A DNA stretch of 64,000 nucleotides from Escherichia phage ECML-134. Positions within the stretch are counted from its first letter, which is position 1. The number at the start of each line of letters is the position of its first letter. The stretch lies in sequence record JX128259, one strand, 5' to 3'. The notes under the pieces were generated by a model that saw nothing but the letters and a program-made list of their open reading frames with translations, had not been told where the DNA came from and ran no database searches. The position numbers and the translations under genes are program-made. Of this stretch, positions 60,769 through 64,000 are shown one piece after another.

Positions 60769-61622
60769 TAGAATGCTCCTTGGAAAATATTATCACCACT
60801 ACCACTAGTAAGTCTATTAAAATACCCTGCATCACCAGGCTTAATATAACTCCATGTATGGAATGGATGCATCTGATGTGAGTGCGTATAATATGGATGA
60901 TATGGATTATAAGGATTAAATCCAGGAGTTCTCCAGGTAGTGTTCCAACGAAAAGAATCGTTTTTAATCATCTTTTCAATTACATCTTTTATAGCTTTTT
61001 CACTATCAAAACTTTCTTTATTTTCCTTTGGTGGAAAAAGCTTATTCTCTACATCATTCCATGTATAAACTCGCTGAGCGGTTTTTGGAATACTGTCACG
61101 CTCCCCTCGAGCCATCCAATAAACAGGAACATTTAATATTTCACTTGCATGATCGCAGTGGTGAGCGAGATCGTCAATATAACAAATTACGTTATATTTC
61201 TCTTTTGCCTTTTTGAACAACTCTTCTTTTGAAGAATCATGACCACACATCAATACTTCTGAGAAGGCACCAGGAAAAAGAGCATTCAAATTAAATTGAC
61301 GATTCAGCAGAGCGTCAATAGAATCACCCAATGCTGTAACAGCTACAAAATTATAATCTTCTTTTAATTTGTTAATTACACACAGGGCATCTTTATATGG
61401 AGACAAGTAACGAATAAAATCTGAACGATTGTATTTTTCAATTAACTTGACGCCAAGTTCTTCATCACAATTAAAGAGTTTACCAGGAGAAATAAATTTC
61501 TCATCTTGGATCATTTTTAAAATATGTTCTAACGGAAGATTATATTTCTGAGCAAAATAAGGAAGGCCTGATTGCCAGCTTAAACATACTCCATCAATAT
61601 CAGTCAAAATAGTAGGCTTCAT
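60768..61622 (-). CDS. HAD-superfamily hydrolase-like protein (30.2-like) with His/Pro/Tyr-rich C-terminal tail
   Basis: 284 aa; HAD motif I ILTDIDGV near the N-terminus; tail NPYNPYHPYYTHSHQMHPFHTW. Confidence 0.6.
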   Translation of the reverse strand: MKPTILTDIDGVCLSWQSGLPYFAQKYNLPLEHILKMIQDEKFISPGKLFNCDEELGVKLIEKYNRSDFIRYLSPYKDALCVINKLKEDYNFVAVTALGDSIDALLNRQFNLNALFPGAFSEVLMCGHDSSKEELFKKAKEKYNVICYIDDLAHHCDHASEILNVPVYWMARGERDSIPKTAQRVYTWNDVENKLFPPKENKESFDSEKAIKDVIEKMIKNDSFRWNTTWRTPGFNPYNPYHPYYTHSHQMHPFHTWSYIKPGDAGYFNRLTSGSGDNIFQGAF

Positions 61623-62083
61623 AGAGAGTCTCTTAATAGGTTTAACACATCAATAAATTCAGCTTCGGTTAGTATTGTATCATCTTTTGTTAGACCACTA
61701 GCCATGCTGTGCTTCAAAACTTTTCCTTTTGAGGCTTGTAAGGCATCACGAAACCCCTTGTTTTGAATCGCTGCTTCAAAATATGCATTTGTATACAACT
61801 CTTTCCACGCTGGGGAGTATCTTGAAAATGGAACTCCCAGCCAGAAGAGGGTCCCACGGTCCTGAGCTCTTGCATAAGACCTTCCAGCTTGTTGGGCGGC
61901 AAGCCCGGATAACCCAAATATACGTCTTTGCTGCTCAACATTTTTCACCTTGCATCCTTGGAGGAATCCTTCGAGACCTCCAAATTGGATACCATCCATA
62001 ACAAAAGGCCATTGGGCGAAATTACTTAATGCGCATGATGGCCATCTAAAATTGCTTCTAATCTCTAACTCAGACATTTTCAA
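61619..62083 (-). CDS. NADAR-domain-like protein (30.3-like)
   Basis: 154 aa; LSNFAQWPFVMDGIQF...EGFLQ resembles remembered YbiA/NADAR core. Confidence 0.5.
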   Translation of the reverse strand: MKMSELEIRSNFRWPSCALSNFAQWPFVMDGIQFGGLEGFLQGCKVKNVEQQRRIFGLSGLAAQQAGRSYARAQDRGTLFWLGVPFSRYSPAWKELYTNAYFEAAIQNKGFRDALQASKGKVLKHSMASGLTKDDTILTEAEFIDVLNLLRDSL

Positions 62084-62276
62084 TACTTATAATTTCAACA
62101 TCAGCCCAATGACCATAGCAAGGAAGACGAAATTCAACTGGCCAGTTAGGGTCCTTTTCTAATATAATAGACTTAACTTGTGGTTCTTCATGTTCATCAG
62201 TATATGGATTTTTATCTGTTACTTTATATGTGACCTTAATGTACTGAATTCCAAAAATCTTATTAATTATATTCAT
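62070..62276 (-). CDS. hypothetical small protein
   Basis: 68 aa ORF in a tight minus-strand array. Confidence 0.5.
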   Translation of the reverse strand: MNIINKIFGIQYIKVTYKVTDKNPYTDEHEEPQVKSIILEKDPNWPVEFRLPCYGHWADVEIISIENV

Positions 62277-62470
62277 ACTAATTCCTTTAATCCGTAAATA
62301 GGAGATAATTCATCACCCATACGAAGGTCTTCATTTCCATCTACCCAGGAAACAATATAAGCCTCTTTTATTTGAACACCACTCCATTTAAATGGAGGTA
62401 GAACCTTAGAAATTAATCCAGGTATACCAACTCCCTTTAATTCAACAGTTTGACCTAAAAAGAATTTCAT
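62273..62470 (-). CDS. hypothetical small protein
   Basis: 65 aa ORF; overlaps the upstream stop. Confidence 0.5.
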   Translation of the reverse strand: MKFFLGQTVELKGVGIPGLISKVLPPFKWSGVQIKEAYIVSWVDGNEDLRMGDELSPIYGLKELV

Positions 62471-62757
62471 TAGAACCTCATCTGAAAGCCGTGTGATTTA
62501 ACATTACCACCGCCAATATCAGAAATGTTAATTTCACTCGCAATTGAAGGGTCAATGTCAATTTCACGATTGAGTTTAGTGATAGCTAAAGTATCACGCC
62601 CATTTACTGTACGGAATTCTAAAGGACAAACCACATCAACGTAATTTTTAATCGATTCACTAGTAGGTTGCAAATGAGCAGGAAGGTCTTTGGGCGCCTT
62701 TGAGAAAACCACTTCACAGAAATTTTTACGGGTATCAAAATAAGTAGTCATAAACAT
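62470..62757 (-). CDS. hypothetical protein
   Basis: 95 aa ORF. Confidence 0.55.
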   Translation of the reverse strand: MFMTTYFDTRKNFCEVVFSKAPKDLPAHLQPTSESIKNYVDVVCPLEFRTVNGRDTLAITKLNREIDIDPSIASEINISDIGGGNVKSHGFQMRF

Positions 62758-62798
62758 GGTATTTTCCTCAGTAAGGGGCCGAAGCCCCTCATTTTATT

Positions 62799-63164
62799 TT
62801 AAATATCAAATTCATTAAGAACTACATCAAAGATTGCTTCGAGATGTTCAGGTTTAGCTCTGTTACTCAGAATATGACGAATCCAAGTTTTAACCAAAAG
62901 CTTGCGATTAGCACCATTCCAACAAGGATGAGTCCCTAAATCGCGTTGACGAAAATCATCATCCAGAGCGATTTTAAAGTTGGAACCTTCCATTGTGATT
63001 GAAACCGTGATGCCATTTTCAAATCGCATATAAACGTAATTAGGAGTCATATACTGTTCAATTTCGCATACTGATCCATTTTGATGTTTCCAAAGGCAAA
63101 TAGTATCAATAGAACCTGCAATACCATTAGAAACATATTTACGTTCAAAGTTGATGTAGTTCAT
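62799..63164 (-). CDS. hypothetical protein
   Basis: 121 aa ORF. Confidence 0.55.
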   Translation of the reverse strand: MNYINFERKYVSNGIAGSIDTICLWKHQNGSVCEIEQYMTPNYVYMRFENGITVSITMEGSNFKIALDDDFRQRDLGTHPCWNGANRKLLVKTWIRHILSNRAKPEHLEAIFDVVLNEFDI

Positions 63165-63232
63165 TTTTATTCTCCGTGATGTTTAATTGCGGTACAGGTA
63201 TATAATATCATATCCTGTACCAAAGTAAACAA

Positions 63233-63565
63233 TTATTTTACTACTTTCCAATGCTTCATGTCAAGTTTACCAACTTTTTTCATCTTCTCAATTAAGCGTT
63301 CGGCACGTTGGCGAGCTGTAACATAATACCATTCACCTAATTCATTTTGTTCAATTTTTCCAACGATTACTGTATTCAATTCATAAATCCAACCGGTAAA
63401 GAAATTATGAACTTGAATTGTAAAGGTGAAATCTGTTCCCATACCTTCTGTTGTTTCTACTTCAATAATATCACCTTCAACTGCCATTAAGAACCACATA
63501 GTTTCATTATATTTACCATTGAAGCATTTAGTTTTAACTGCAGCGTTCAGATTAATCGTTTTCAT
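63233..63565 (-). CDS. hypothetical protein
   Basis: 110 aa ORF with early promoter upstream. Confidence 0.55.
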   Translation of the reverse strand: MKTINLNAAVKTKCFNGKYNETMWFLMAVEGDIIEVETTEGMGTDFTFTIQVHNFFTGWIYELNTVIVGKIEQNELGEWYYVTARQRAERLIEKMKKVGKLDMKHWKVVK

Positions 63566-63592
63566 TTTATTCTCCTTTGTTTGTGTAAGATA

Positions 63593-63622
63593 ATACTATC
63601 ACAAAGGAACCATATTGTAAAC
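63593..63622 (-). promoter_or_regulatory. early promoter (GTTTACA-17-TAGTAT)
   Basis: minus-strand -35 at 63616-63622, -10 at 63593-63598; same CAAAGTTGTTTACA upstream block as the IP promoters. Confidence 0.5.
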
Positions 63623-63675
63623 AACTTTGTGCAATCTTTGGAAAATAAAAAAGGACTCCCGAAGGAGTCCTCAAC

Positions 63676-63894
63676 TTATGCTTTCTGCTTACCAAAACGA
63701 GAAGCATCATCTCGAAGAACCGCACGTGCTCGGCGCATGATCTTCTCAACAGTTTGATTGATACGAGAGTTCGACCCACGCTTGTAGCCAGCGCGTTTAG
63801 AATCACCAACTTTCTTTTCAACTGCTTTCTTTGCTTTAACTTGTTTTGCCATTATAAATTCTCTTTTAAATGAAAATGCAGGACTTATTGGCAT
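63676..63894 (-). CDS. small basic protein (true start possibly the internal ATG at 63850-63852)
   Basis: K/R-rich MAKQVKAKKAVEKK...; followed by a UUCG hairpin at 63651-63675. Confidence 0.5.
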   Translation of the reverse strand: MPISPAFSFKREFIMAKQVKAKKAVEKKVGDSKRAGYKRGSNSRINQTVEKIMRRARAVLRDDASRFGKQKA

Positions 63895-64000
63895 TGCCTG
63901 CGCAAGCCCTCAAGGGGGTACTTAGGTTTTGAATATTTACCGACAGGATAACCATAAACCTCGTCATCATACCACCAAGACTTACACAGATAACACTTTT

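Noticed and set aside
63567-63821. 84-aa minus-strand ORF overlapping the small basic protein gene
   Set aside because: Overlaps 63676..63894 in another frame and runs through the UUCG hairpin and the promoter region; the basic-protein frame is the more plausible gene.
63895-64000. Possible gene fragment at the window end
   Set aside because: Too short to assess; only about 100 nt with no recognisable motif.

Overview
This window is a T4-like (Tevenvirinae-type) myovirus segment: an accessory/early region followed by the conserved late structural block. Identification is by reading the translated ORFs against remembered T4 protein families, motifs and gene order; no database search was run. 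Coordinates 1-2700 hold minus-strand accessory genes (two paralogous small membrane proteins, a PspA/IM30-like coiled-coil protein, unknowns). Coordinates 2862-7447 hold four capsid-targeting-sequence (CTS) internal-protein genes flanking a nine-tRNA cluster that is split by a segB-like GIY-YIG endonuclease gene. The T4 gene order then runs 57B-57A-1-3-2-4 (minus) and 53-5-5.1-5.4-6-7-8-9-10-11-12-wac-13-14-15-16-17-18-[HNH endonuclease]-19-20-67-68-21-22-23 (plus), then segD, 24, rnlB, 24.2, 24.3, hoc, inh, segE, uvsW, uvsY, 25, 26, 51, 27, 28, 29, 48, 54, alt, 30 (DNA ligase) and the 30.1-30.9 small genes. Main points for follow-up: hoc carries an in-frame TAG stop; an HNH endonuclease gene sits between the tail sheath and tail tube genes; the tRNA set includes Tyr and Asn but no Pro; early promoters are embedded in co-varying palindromes; and a HAD-like plus NADAR-like gene pair lies beside alt/ligase. 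No CRISPR array, rRNA or integrase was seen. Most of the window is well-characterised phage morphogenesis; I did not find a clear novel multi-gene system, and the accessory genes at 1-2700 are the least understood part.
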